Shown in pieces: positions 1 through 9,699 of a stretch of 28,718 nucleotides of DNA. A program made the position numbers and the translations under genes. Source of the DNA: Octopus sinensis (lineage: Eukaryota); NCBI RefSeq assembly GCF_006345805.1, contig NW_021833540.1:1-28718 (forward strand), read 5' to 3'. The stretch's first letter is position 1; each line of letters starts with the position of its first letter. The notes beneath the pieces are model-generated. The model had not been told where the DNA came from. It searched no databases and saw only the letters and a program-made list of their open reading frames with translations.

Positions 1-1275
1 CGTTCAGCGCGCAGCTTTGGCGAGAATCAAATTGATAACGAAAGTTTTAGCAGTACCACCTGGAGCATTCAAAAAGAAAAGCTTTCCTTGGTTCAATCTA
101 ACGCTGTCAATAATTTCATTATAAATCTCTCTTTGTTCAGGCAAAAGTCTTGGTTCATCTCGCGTAATTCTTTCCGTCAATTCGGCAATGTTGTAGTTTT
201 TTTCTGACATGTATTCAACATCCAAAGGCACTTCATGATGGACAGGTGTTGACAGATGGAATTCACTTAAACCGCGTATAACATAGCGTCTGATGTGTCT
301 GTCCATGTCGATTAATGCCCCTCGTTATAAACATCGTCGTTGCCATCACGTAGCGCTAAATTAGCCTGTATGTCCTTTGATAGGCTCTGTCTGAACGATT
401 CCCAAAGGTTAAGAGGGTTACTGGGATTACAGTGGATTAATATGCTACAAAACAATCGACGCATTTGCCATGGCAGTTTACAATTTGAGGCCTCTGCTAA
501 TGTCCTGTGTAAGTGGTCGTCATTGAGAAGAAGTCCGCGCCTCAAGCATGCTTCCCTGTAAGTAGCGCAGATGATACCATCAACCGTGCGAAGATCAGTA
601 AAAGACTTCGGTCCAGTAACTACATGAAGTAGCATTCTCAAAAAGATTTCCTCTTTGGTAGGATGAATATTATACACACGCCCAATGACGTTCTTCCTAG
701 AAACAGCGGGCCAATTGTCAAGTTCTGTTCCATGTGACCTGCGCTTCCAATTACTGTTGTTGTATGTGTAATATTCCGGTACTTCAGGGTAAATGAGAGT
801 AGCAGCAAACTCATCAACTGAACACAATTTAAAAAATGCTGTAAGCGTAGTCCCTTTTGGATTTTCAATGACTTGACGTGCATTTTTCTCTGTGAAGTAA
901 ACCAGCTTCTCTTCTGTAAATGAACATTCAGGTGAAAACTGATGGTGAGCTTAGATGAATCTCGTATCCAAAAATGCGCCACGCTGCATAATTGGAGGAT
1001 ACATACCTACCCAAAACGAATTGTTTAATTTCGTCATGTCTAAGGTCTTCATCACTGAACACAAACACGGCCATATCATCGCCCTTATTAATTACTTGCA
1101 GAGGTATTGTATGCATCTCACCGAACTGCAGTACTCAACATTAATGTGTGCATTAAATGTTTTGGAAAGCAAAGGGTTGAATGGAACGATCCAGGCATTA
1201 TCAACATCGGATGTTTTTAGCCGTTGTCTAATTGTAGCTGTGCAGCCACCAAAACCTGGGTCACATATATGAAAG
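1..1275 (-). pseudogene. Frameshifted Helitron Rep/Pif1-helicase coding fragment
   Basis: Consecutive minus-strand ORFs in different frames carry Helitron motifs: DNAWIVPFNPLLSKTFNAHINVEYCSSV, DEIKQFVLGRYVSSNYAAWRIFGYEIH, IGRVYNIHP..FLRMLLHVVTGPKSFTDLRTVDG..TYREAC, LRRLFCSILIHCNPSNPLNLWE, and helicase Walker A FFLNAPGGTAKTF. The HUH Rep catalytic motifs are not seen. Confidence 0.92.
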
Positions 1276-2008
1276 AGAGGACGGGAAAATGAAATATTTT
1301 GCAATGTAAACATGATTTGTTTTAAGAGAAGATTGTCATGATTTGTGTTGGTGGTGGCGATGATAATTATCATTAGGAAAACATAAGTTGTGGCGATGAT
1401 AATTCTAGACCCCTTTTCACATTTTGATGAAGAGAACCCGATTTCATTCGGTCTACTGGGGCCACATATAGTGTGTGTGTGTGTGTGTGTGTGCACACTG
1501 TAGAAATTAATTAGAGATCAAAGCACTATAGGGAAATGAAACAGTAAAAAACAAAAATATAAAAATAAAATATAATATTAGATAATGTGTGTGTGTGTGT
1601 GTGTGACAGGTAGACAATAGAATGCGATGGCGATGTAATATTTGTTTCTGTCTATGAGCAGATAGATACATGAGTAAAATGTATAGGAAGCTAAGAGATA
1701 GAGTGAGTGAAAATGTTCTTGGAAGAGAGGAAATAGCGAGAGAGTGATTTGAGGAAGACTTTACATTAAATAACGGTAGTGGCATTGTCAAATGAAGAGT
1801 AGTGAGAGGGTACTGGAGGAAATAGGGTGAGTGAGGAAGATGGCCCCTAGCAACCACACCTTTTAAGATAGGGTTTTCTAAGGTAGCCCACAAGCATCGT
1901 CACCTCATTCTACATGTCCCTGTAAATTTTGGAGCGAATCGGACGGGATGTAGTGGCATTGAAAGCGATCCAAGCGGTAAAAACGCATTTCAGTTTTATA
2001 TATAGAGA
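1..2008 (-). mobile_element. Internally deleted autonomous-type Helitron (RepHel) in a NELF-A intron; 3' part runs off the window start
   Basis: The minus-strand 5' end is A|TCTCTATATATAAAACTG at 2008, a typical Helitron 5'-TC start after a host A. About 700 bp of non-coding sequence follows, then RepHel coding fragments. Confidence 0.8.
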
Positions 2009-2090
2009 TATATATACACACACTCACATGTACATATGAGAGTTTTTTCTACAACAATGAACTATATGTTTTCCTCTTCTCCTTTTCCAG

Positions 2091-2202
2091 AAATTACCTA
2101 CTCCTGTCGGGGTTACTTCCACAAACAGTTTATCAACAACCACACCCACATATGTTCCAACCACCAATGCTTGGTCGCCAGTTGGACCCACTATCCTATC
2201 AG
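2091..2202 (+). CDS. NELFA: NELF-A internal exon (Pro/Thr/Ser-rich region: KLPTPVGVTSTNSLSTTTPTYVPTTNAWSPVGPTILS)
   Basis: Polypyrimidine tract plus CAG acceptor ends at 2090; CAG|GTAAG donor at 2203. The 112 nt are open and end in phase 1, matching the next exon. Upstream phase 0 is assumed. Confidence 0.75.
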
Positions 2203-2485
2203 GTAAGCCATTTTGCTAAGAAGTTCATTTTACAACTACGTGGTCTTCTCTCAGATATCAACTGCAGTGCAAAGAAATTTTGGTTGAGGGTCTTCTGGCA
2301 TCACAACCTTAGGTTGACCAATATGAACTTCCCGCAAGTCAAATTTCGTAGTGGAAAACTGTACAGAAGCGGTTATGCATGTGTAAGAGAAAGAATTTTA
2401 AAGATTTTTAAAACTCTGCTTGCGAAGACCTGTTGAGGAAAGTGAAATCAAAATCGATCAAAAATCAATGGAAATTGTAGTTGTG

Positions 2486-2788
2486 ATGCCGGTGGCATGT
2501 AAAAGAACCATCCGAACGGGGCCGTTGCCAGCTCTGCCTCAACTGGTCTCCATGCCGGTGGTGCGTAAAAAGCACCAACTGATCGTGGCTGTTGCCAGCC
2601 TCACCTGGCACATAAAAAGCACCCACTACACTCACGGAGTGGTTGGCATAAGGAAGGGCATCCAGCTGTAGAAACACTGCCAGATCAGACTGGGCCTGGT
2701 GCAGCTTTCCTGGCTTCCCAGACCCCAGTCGAACCGTCCAACCCATGCTAGCATGGAAAACGGACATTAAACAATGATGATGATGATT
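2486..2788 (+). mobile_element. Family C short retroposon (GATGCCCTTCC-type body, (ATG)n tail, RTE-like 3' end)
   Basis: AAGGGCATCCAGCTGTAGAAAC...AACCCATGCTAGCATGGAAA followed by an ATGATGATG tail; homologous to several other copies in the window. Confidence 0.8.
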
Positions 2789-2865
2789 CTAGACTTATAA
2801 AAATATTAGTTTAGTAAATTCATCACCATCGTCATAATGTTATGTCTCTGTGCACCATAATCAGT

Positions 2866-3143
2866 CAACGTTTGCCTTCAATGCTGGTACGGGCTGGACA
2901 GTTTGACAGACCAGACTTCTGTGTCTGTTTTCAGTCACAGAAATCTGGTGCAGGCCAGCCACTCCAAGAATATAGTGGATGCTTTTTACATGTCACTGGT
3001 ATAGGAGCCAGTTAGGTGGCACTGGCATTGGCCAGGCTCGAATTTTGCATTTTACATGCCACCAGCATGGGTGCCAGGCAGACGGCACTGGCATCAGTCA
3101 TGCTTGAATGGTGCTTTTTCACAGGTGCCAGCCAGGCAGCACT

Positions 3144-3148
<5 letters not shown>
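2866..3148 (-). mobile_element. Family C divergent copy
   Basis: Degenerate match to the family C tail and GTGCC/GGCAC subrepeats. Confidence 0.55.
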
Positions 3149-3187
<39 letters not shown>

Positions 3188-3195
3188 ATGTATAA

Positions 3196-3497
3196 ATTAG
3201 AAAAAAACCACCTTTTATCAATTCAATAATGAAAAATTAAATTATACCATTTAGAAAAATTACATATTATAGAAAGATTAAATATAAGATAAAACATATA
3301 ACAATGATTAAGTAATGTGCAAAATAATAAATAAAACGTATATATTTGGTAGAATAACTATACGCTTTATTTATTATTTTGCATATCATCGTTATATGTT
3401 TTATCTTATATTTAATCTTTCTATAATATGTAATTTTTCTAAATGGTATAAGTTAATTTTTCATTATTGAATTGATAAAAGGTGGTCTTTTTCTAAT
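3196..3497. repeat. Long fold-back inverted repeat (arms 3196-3342 and 3359-3497, 16-nt spacer)
   Basis: The arms are reverse complements with about 5 substitutions and one 8-nt indel. Confidence 0.95.
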
Positions 3498-3526
3498 ATA
3501 TATACACACACACATTTCATCATTCT

Positions 3527-3720
3527 TTTTTATCATCGTTCAACGTCTACTTTCCATGGTCTGGATGGTTTGACAAGGAACAGGCAACCTGCAGGGCTGT
3601 GTCAAACTCAGATGTCATCTTTGGTATAGTTTCTTCTTTATGCCAACCACTTTACAGAATATACTTGGTGATTTTTTTTTGAGTGCTGCTAGCACTTGTG
3701 AGTTTGCCATGTAACCTGCA
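3527..3720 (-). mobile_element. Family C divergent copy
   Basis: CATCGTTCAACGTCTACTTTCCATG...TGCCAACCACTTTACAGA resembles the other copies. Confidence 0.55.
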
Positions 3721-3865
3721 AGACAGAAAAGAACAGGATAAGAGTTCCATAAGCGGTTAAGGAGAAGTATTTGGAAGGGAAGGTGGAGGTGAATCGTTTT
3801 ATGTCATATGTTAAGAGACAAACACATTAAGAGATGACAGTAACACATACATGCATATACATTTG

Positions 3866-4262
3866 TGTATGAGCGCTAGGAGCACCATCCAAGCGTGATT
3901 GCTACCACAGCAGCTGACTGGCTTCTGTGCCAGTGGCACGTAAAAAGCACCATTCAAATGTGATCGTTACCAGCGTCGCCTTACTGGCACGTGAAAAACA
4001 TTCAAGCAAGGTCGTTGCCAGTGCCACTGGACTGGCTCTTGTGCAGGTGGAACATAAAAAACACCACTTGAGCGTGGCCGTGGCACTTAAAAGCACCCAC
4101 TACACTCTCGGAGTGGTTCACGTTAGGAAGGGCATCCAGCTGTAGAAACTCTGCCAGATCAGATTGGAGCCTGGTGCAGCCATCTGGTTCGCCAGACCTC
4201 AATCAAATTGTCCAACCCATGCTAGCATGGAAAGCAAACTTTAAATGATGACGATGATGATA
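3866..4262 (+). mobile_element. Family C copy ending about 90 bp upstream of NELF-A exon 4350
   Basis: Same body and (ATG)n tail as 2486-2788, with tandem subrepeats at the 5' side. Confidence 0.85.
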
Positions 4263-4349
4263 ATACTGATAATGATGTGTATATTCTTTTTTTCCTCATC
4301 TTTGTTTTGTCTCTCTAAAACTTAGTCGTTTTGTACTTTTTGTTTGCAG

Positions 4350-4633
4350 TGACCAACACCTCCAGCAGCACAACTCCACACGCCCGAGAAAACCTCCAGC
4401 TCCAGCTACAACAGCAGCTCGGACAGTCGCAAATCCAGTCGGCTACTTTGTTGTCCACCACAAGTACGGCAACAGCCGGCAGCCAATCACAGACCCTCGT
4501 CATCCAGGCTTCAAACCAGATCCACACGACGACGACAACGGCCACTTCTACTACTGCATCGACACAGGTGACTGTGTCCACATCAACAGTGTCCACAGCA
4601 AACAGTCAACAACCAAAGAAATTACTGCTGATG
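4350..4633 (+). CDS. NELFA: NELF-A exon (Thr/Gln/Ser-rich, ending QQPKKLLLM)
   Basis: TTTGCAG acceptor at 4349 and ATG|GTAAAT donor at 4634. QQPKK matches the QQPKKNLSL segment of known NELF-A. Phase 0 joins the next exon. Confidence 0.88.
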
Positions 4634-4694
4634 GTAAATATACTGTTTCTTCTTTTTGATGGGGAGAGGGCTTTTGACAAAGATGGAGAGGGAG

Positions 4695-5225
4695 TCATCA
4701 TTATCATCGTTGTTTAACGTCCGCTTTCCATGCTAGCATGGGTCGAACGATTTGACTGAGGGCTAGCGAACCAGATGGCTGCACCAGGCTCCAATCTTGA
4801 TCTGGCAGAGTTTCTACAGCTGGATGCCCTTCCTAACGCCAACTACTCTGAGAGTGTAGTGGGTGCTTTTTACGTGCCACCGGCACGGGGTCCAGTCAGG
4901 CGGTACTGGCAATGACCTCGCTCGAATCTTTTTACACATGCCACTTGCACAGGTGCCAGCAAGGCAACGCTGGTAACAATCACGCTCGAATGGTGTTTTT
5001 TACATGTCACTGGCACGGAAGCCAGTTAGCCGCTCTGGCAACGATCACGCTCAGATGGTGCTCTTAACACCCTATTAGCACGGGACACAAGTGCCAGTAA
5101 GGCAAAGCTGGTAACAACCACACTCAAATGGTGCTATTTATGTGCCACTGGCACGGAAGCCAGTTAGCCGCTCTGTCAACGATCACACGCATATGGTGCT
5201 CTTTGCACCCTGCTAGCATGGATGC
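4695..5225 (-). mobile_element. Family C copy with two tandem 138-bp units (4948-5085, 5086-5223)
   Basis: Reverse complement of the 3866-4262 tail; direct tandem duplication visible. Confidence 0.85.
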
Positions 5226-5269
5226 CAGTCATCAAATATGTTTATTTATTTTTTTAAGGTGAGACGATA

Positions 5270-5470
5270 AAGGATAAAGTACCTTGCTGAGTCATATAAT
5301 CCCATAGGGTCACTTTCTCAGTTCCCATTGTGTATATATTCCCCACTGGACAGGACATCAGTCCATTGCAGACTTACTCAATTTTGTTAGCTGAGTGGAC
5401 AAGGACATTGTGAAATGACACATTTTATTCAAGAACATGACACTTTGAGTGATCCATGAATTGATTATAA
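5270..5470 (-). mobile_element. Degenerate family E SINE
   Basis: CTGGACAGGAC...AGCTGAGTGGAC...CAAGAACA is the reverse complement of the core of 10508-10752. Confidence 0.5.
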
Positions 5471-5575
5471 CCAGTAAGTGAAACCTCCACACTGAAGGGA
5501 GAAGAGATTTTGTCTTCTGACGAGAGAGAGAGAGAGAGAGAGAGAGAGGGCTGTTTGTCTTCTTTACTTCTGTGA

Positions 5576-5655
5576 CAGATTCATTAGCATGCTGGGCAAA
5601 ATGCTTAGCGGCATTTTGTTCATCCTTACGTTCTGAGTTCGAATTCCACCAAGGT
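5576..5655 (+). mobile_element. Family B SINE fragment, identical to 6994-7073
   Basis: 80-bp exact match by eye. Confidence 0.8.
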
Positions 5656-6050
5656 TAACTCTAGCATTGAAACTAATCATATCTGGCCCAAATATTGTAC
5701 AAGTTTTATGTTCAGACTGGGTACATCAGGCCTCTCACACCTACCCTACAAAGTCATTCTCAAACTAAACAATCGTCTTCATCAAGACATCAAAGCTATG
5801 AGATAATGCAAAATGAAACCATTTCCACCAAATTACGATTTGAAATATTGTGAAATTCTTAACAGTGCATAGATTTTTTTTTTTTTGTGTTAATGTTTAA
5901 CCTTTTAGTATTTAAACCTGCTAAATCTGGTCAAAATACTGTGCTTGTTTTATGTCAAAGCCTGCCAAATGTTAATCGAAAAATAAACAACTGCATCCTC
6001 AAAATCTCAAAGCTCCAAGACAATACATGATTAGTTTGAACAAATGTGAA
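5655..6050 (+). mobile_element. Two decayed copies of a TTAA-starting (piggyBac-like) MITE (about 5655-5815 and 5897-6050)
   Basis: Both start TTAAC(C)..TAG(C/T)ATT and share GTTTTATGT...AAACAA...TCAAAGCT. The right ends are not identified. Confidence 0.45.
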
Positions 6051-6052
6051 TA

Positions 6053-6313
6053 TGGGTGCAGGCGTGGCTGCGTGGTAAGAAGCTTGCTTCCCTACCACAT
6101 GGTTCCAGGTTCAGTCCCACTCTGTGGCACCTCGGGCAAGTGTCCCCTACTATAGCCTCAGGCCAACTAAACCCTTGTGAGTGGATTTGGTCGGTCGAAA
6201 CTTAAAGACCGTCATATATGTATATGTATCTTTGTTTGTCCCCTCCACTATCACTTTACAATCAATGGCAAAAGTGACTGAAAGAATAAGTCCTGGGGTC
6301 GATTTCTTCAACT
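6053..6313 (+). mobile_element. Family A tRNA-derived SINE, divergent and internally deleted
   Basis: A-box and B-box-like head GTGGCTGCGTGG...GGTTCAGTCCC with a partial tail. Confidence 0.75.
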
Positions 6314-6591
6314 AAGAAAAAAATCCCTTGAAATCATGTAGTTGGGAAGCAGACTTGTCATGTACACAGCCACACCTGTGAATATATATATCGTGTGGTG
6401 ACACACTTAAAGACAAGAGACGCAGGAGGATGGCACGAGCCGCCTCTGACACCATACCGGATGTTATCTTCGTCTGTGGACACGGACCTGCCTTTCCCAT
6501 ATTGGACTTGTCAGTCATGAGCGTGCATGCACGCGACGTGGACTGCCTTCCTGATCTTCGTTCACAAAGCCAAGCAATACATACATACATA

Positions 6592-6978
6592 TTTTACTCT
6601 TTTACTTGTTTCAGTCATTTGACTGCGGCCATGCTGGAGCACCGCCTTTAGTCGAGCAAATCGACCCCGGGACTTATTCTTTGTAAGCCCAGTACTTATT
6701 CTATCGGTCTCTTTTGCCGAACCGCTAAGTAACAGGGACATAAACACACCAGCATCGGTTGTCAAGCAATGCTAGAGGGACAAACACAGACACACAAACA
6801 TATACATACACATACATATATACGACAGGCTTCTTTCAGTTTCCGTCTACCAAATCCACTCACAAGGCTTTGGTCGGCCCGAGGCTATAGCAGAAGGCAC
6901 TTGCCCAAGATGCCACGCAGTGGGACTGAACCCAGAACCATGTGGCTGGTTAGCAAGCTACTTACCACACAGCCACTC
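6592..6978 (-). mobile_element. Family A tRNA-derived SINE
   Basis: Near-identical reverse complement of 7127-7500. Confidence 0.92.
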
Positions 6979-7112
6979 AAGGCAGTGAGCTGGCAGATTC
7001 ATTAGCATGCTGGGCAAAATGCTTAGCGGCATTTTGTTCATCCTTACGTTCTGAGTTCGAATTCCACCAAGGTCGACTTTGCCTTTCTTCCTTTCAGGGT
7101 CGATGAAATAAG
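6979..7112 (+). mobile_element. Family B SINE (AAGGCAGTGAGCTGGCAG head, GAGTTCGAATTCC B-box)
   Basis: Homologous to 15053-15283 (-) and 7508-7620 (-). Confidence 0.8.
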
Positions 7113-7126
7113 TTTTATCAAACCTG

Positions 7127-7291
7127 TAGGCGCAGGAGTGGCTGTGTGGTAAGTAGCTTGCTAACCAACCACATGGTTCCAAGTTCAGTCCCACTGCGTG
7201 GCATCTTGGGCAAGTGTCTTCTGCTATAGCCCCGGGCCGACCAATGCCTTGTGAGTGGATTTGGTAGACGGAAACTGAAAGAAGCCTGTCG

Positions 7292-7328
<37 letters not shown>

Positions 7329-7500
7329 GTGTTTGTCCCCCTAGCATTGCTTGACAACCGATGCTGGTGTGTTTACGTCGCCGTCACTTAGCGGTTCGGC
7401 AAAAAGAGACTTACAAAGAATAAGTCCCGGGGTCGATTTGCTCAACTAAAGTGGTGCTCCAGCATGGCCGCAGTCAAATGACTGAAACAAGTAAAAGAGT
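7127..7500 (+). mobile_element. Family A SINE with 7-bp target-site duplication AAACCTG
   Basis: Head TAGGCGCAGGAGTGGCTGTGTGG, B-box GTTCAGTCCC, internal (TA)n, tail TGACTGAAACAAGTAAAAGAGT. AAACCTG occurs at 7120-7126 and 7501-7507. Confidence 0.95.
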
Positions 7501-7507
7501 AAACCTG

Positions 7508-7620
7508 AAAGGATGAAAGGCAAAGTTGACCATGGCAGGATTTGGCTGAGAATGTAAAGAGCTAGACGAAATGTAGCCAAGTATTCTGTCTGATGTGCCA
7601 ATCACTCTTCTAGATCACCT
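7508..7620 (-). mobile_element. Family B SINE, divergent
   Basis: GGATGAAAGGCAAAGTTGACC...GAATGTAAAG...GACGAAATG is the reverse complement of family B. Confidence 0.6.
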
Positions 7621-7703
7621 TGTGTGTGTGTGTGTATCTGTGTTTGTTATTGTTGTTACTTAATGTTACCATTTTACTATTCCAAATTGGTTGTCTGTTG
7701 CAG

Positions 7704-7803
7704 AAAGAACATGTTTCTGAAGCCAAGGAAATGTTCAGCACATCCAACAAAGTGACTCGACCAGAGAAAGCATTGATCCTAGCGTTTATGGCCGGATCAC
7801 GAG
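7704..7803 (+). CDS. NELFA: NELF-A exon KEHVSEAKEMFSTSNKVTRPEKALILAFMAGSR
   Basis: Closely matches the conserved NELF-A C-terminal motif EMFKTANKVTRPEKALILGFMAGSR. TTGCAG acceptor; donor G|GTCTGT, phase 1. Confidence 0.95.
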
Positions 7804-7895
7804 GTCTGTATATTATTGCATCTTCCATATATTGTCAAAATCACATTGGCATCATTAATGCCCCCCTTCATCATCATCATCATCATGCATACCTA

Positions 7896-8251
7896 TCTCT
7901 ATATATATAAACGGCAAAATGTCTGTCTGTGTGTCTGTGTCCTTTATACAAATCCACAATTTTTCAGTTAGAGGGCTCGCACTTTCTATGGTCATTCAAA
8001 ACCGTCCAAGGGTGGTCGTGCACATCTTTACATTTCCTCAGTCACCCCACAAAGCCATTAAAAAATCAATAGAAGTGAATTTTCTATTGAAAACCCAATC
8101 AAAATGTCCAAAACTTGATACGCCAATTGAATGCCAGCTAGCTGTATGTGATTGGTAGATTTGGACAGTACTTGCATGTATGTGCGCATGCACGCGGCTG
8201 TAAATGCATGTACTAGCACTGTGACCCAGCGTTGCCGGGTCATAGTGCTAG
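7896..8251 (+). mobile_element. Complete 356-bp non-autonomous Helitron
   Basis: A|TCTCTATATATATAAA 5' end, subterminal hairpin GACCC-AGCGTTGCC-GGGTC, and CTAG|T 3' end; sits between host A and T with no TSD. Confidence 0.88.
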
Positions 8252-8261
8252 TGTGTATATA

Positions 8262-8588
8262 TAACATTTTTGTTCACTGGCAATCCGTCGGTTGTGACGA
8301 TGAGGGTTCCAGTTGATGTGATCAACAGAACAGCTTGCTCGTGAAATTAACATGCAAGTGGTTGAACACTCCACAGACACATATACCCTTAACGTACTTC
8401 TCAGGCAGATTCTGCGTGACAAAGCTGGCCCTTTGAAATACAGGTACTACTCATTTATGGCAGCTGAGTGGACTGGAGCAACTTAAAATAAAATGTCTTG
8501 CTCAAGGAAACAACACGCGGCTGGCGATTGAACTCGTGACCTTATGGTCATAAGCCAAATTCCCTAACCACAAAGCTACACGCCTTCA
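8262..8588 (-). mobile_element. Family E tRNA-derived SINE
   Basis: Minus-strand head GAAGGCGTGTAGCTTTGTGGTTAGG...GAGTTCAATCGCC and core CCTTGAGCAAGACA...CCAGTCCACTCAGCTG. Confidence 0.8.
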
Positions 8589-8611
8589 CTATATAACACA
8601 CACACACACAC

Positions 8612-8684
<73 letters not shown>

Positions 8685-8696
8685 CATATATAGACA

Positions 8697-8975
8697 TCAT
8701 CATCTTCATTGTTTAATGTCCACCTTCCGTGCTGGCATGGGTTGGGCAGTTTGACAGGAACCTGTACAAGACTTCTGTGTCTGTTTTGGAAGGGTTTTTA
8801 TGTTTGGATGCCCTTCCTAACACCACACCATCCAGCAGAGTAGACTCAGTGCTTTTTATGTGGCACAAGCACAGGCAAGGCCAGTTTTGGCAAGGTGTTT
8901 ACAGCTAGATGCAATTTCAAATGCCAACCACTTTACAGTGTGGACTGGATGCTTTTATTACGTGGCACCAGCACT
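8697..8975 (-). mobile_element. Family C copy
   Basis: CATCAT tail, TTCCGTGCTGGCATGGGTTGG, GGATGCCCTTCCTAA. Confidence 0.7.
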
Positions 8976-9699
8976 GAGATAGAAATAGGTTTGCTTATAT
9001 GTATATTATATGTTTTATAAATATGCTTGAATTTGTATTTTATATTCTGTTGCTTCAAAAGTTGTGCAATATCTTCGTAACTTATTTTCTTGATTTGTCA
9101 AGACAGGAGCAGCCTAGTGGGGAGGAATTACAACCGTGTTTCGTGGTCTGCTACCACAACAGCTCCTTTATAGGATCCAGTTAGCTCAAGACATCATCAG
9201 GAGAAACCACGTCCGGTTTCGGCCCCTACTCCTCTACCGTTTTAACGTGGCAGGGCCCCCCCTTTCGGAGGTGTCTTCAGTTCTGGTGTTGGGTGCATGT
9301 CTTCTTTCTTCTGTTCCCTGGCTTCTTCGATGTATCATCAGTGAGTGTCAGCCAGTGACTGACTGTCTTGTCAAATTTCTCCCTTTAAATACCTGCCGCA
9401 TAGGCTCCAGCAGGCAGCCCCAGCAAAGTTGTCACGTGACACTGTCTCACCATAACTGACCAAAGTAAAGGTCATTGAGTTGGATTGTCTGTATAAAATA
9501 ATTAAAATACCTTTTGTATCGTTTTAATGCACATAAAATTTCAACAATAAAATCTTCTATAGACCCACCAGGGGCCGTATGGACATGGGGTGAGAACTAC
9601 TGAGTTGAGTGAACTCAACCAATACTAAACATGATCTTAACGATTTAATTTGATTTATTGTAATTTAATTTAATGCCTTTTGTGTTTGTGTCATTGCAG

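Noticed and set aside
2152-2436. ORF MFQPPMLGRQLDPLSYQ as the exon frame
   Set aside because: This frame gives phase 0 at donor 2203, which is incompatible with the phase-1 acceptor at 4350. The Thr/Pro-rich frame fits.
4948-5223. CRISPR-like repeat-spacer array
   Set aside because: Eukaryotic context; the units are degenerate tandem repeats without unique spacers, and there are no cas genes.
6562-7357. Recurrent 60-130 aa ORFs such as RRHLPKMPRSGTEPGTMWLVSKLL and MLVCLRPPSLSGSAKETD
   Set aside because: They are translations of family A SINE copies and microsatellites, not genes.
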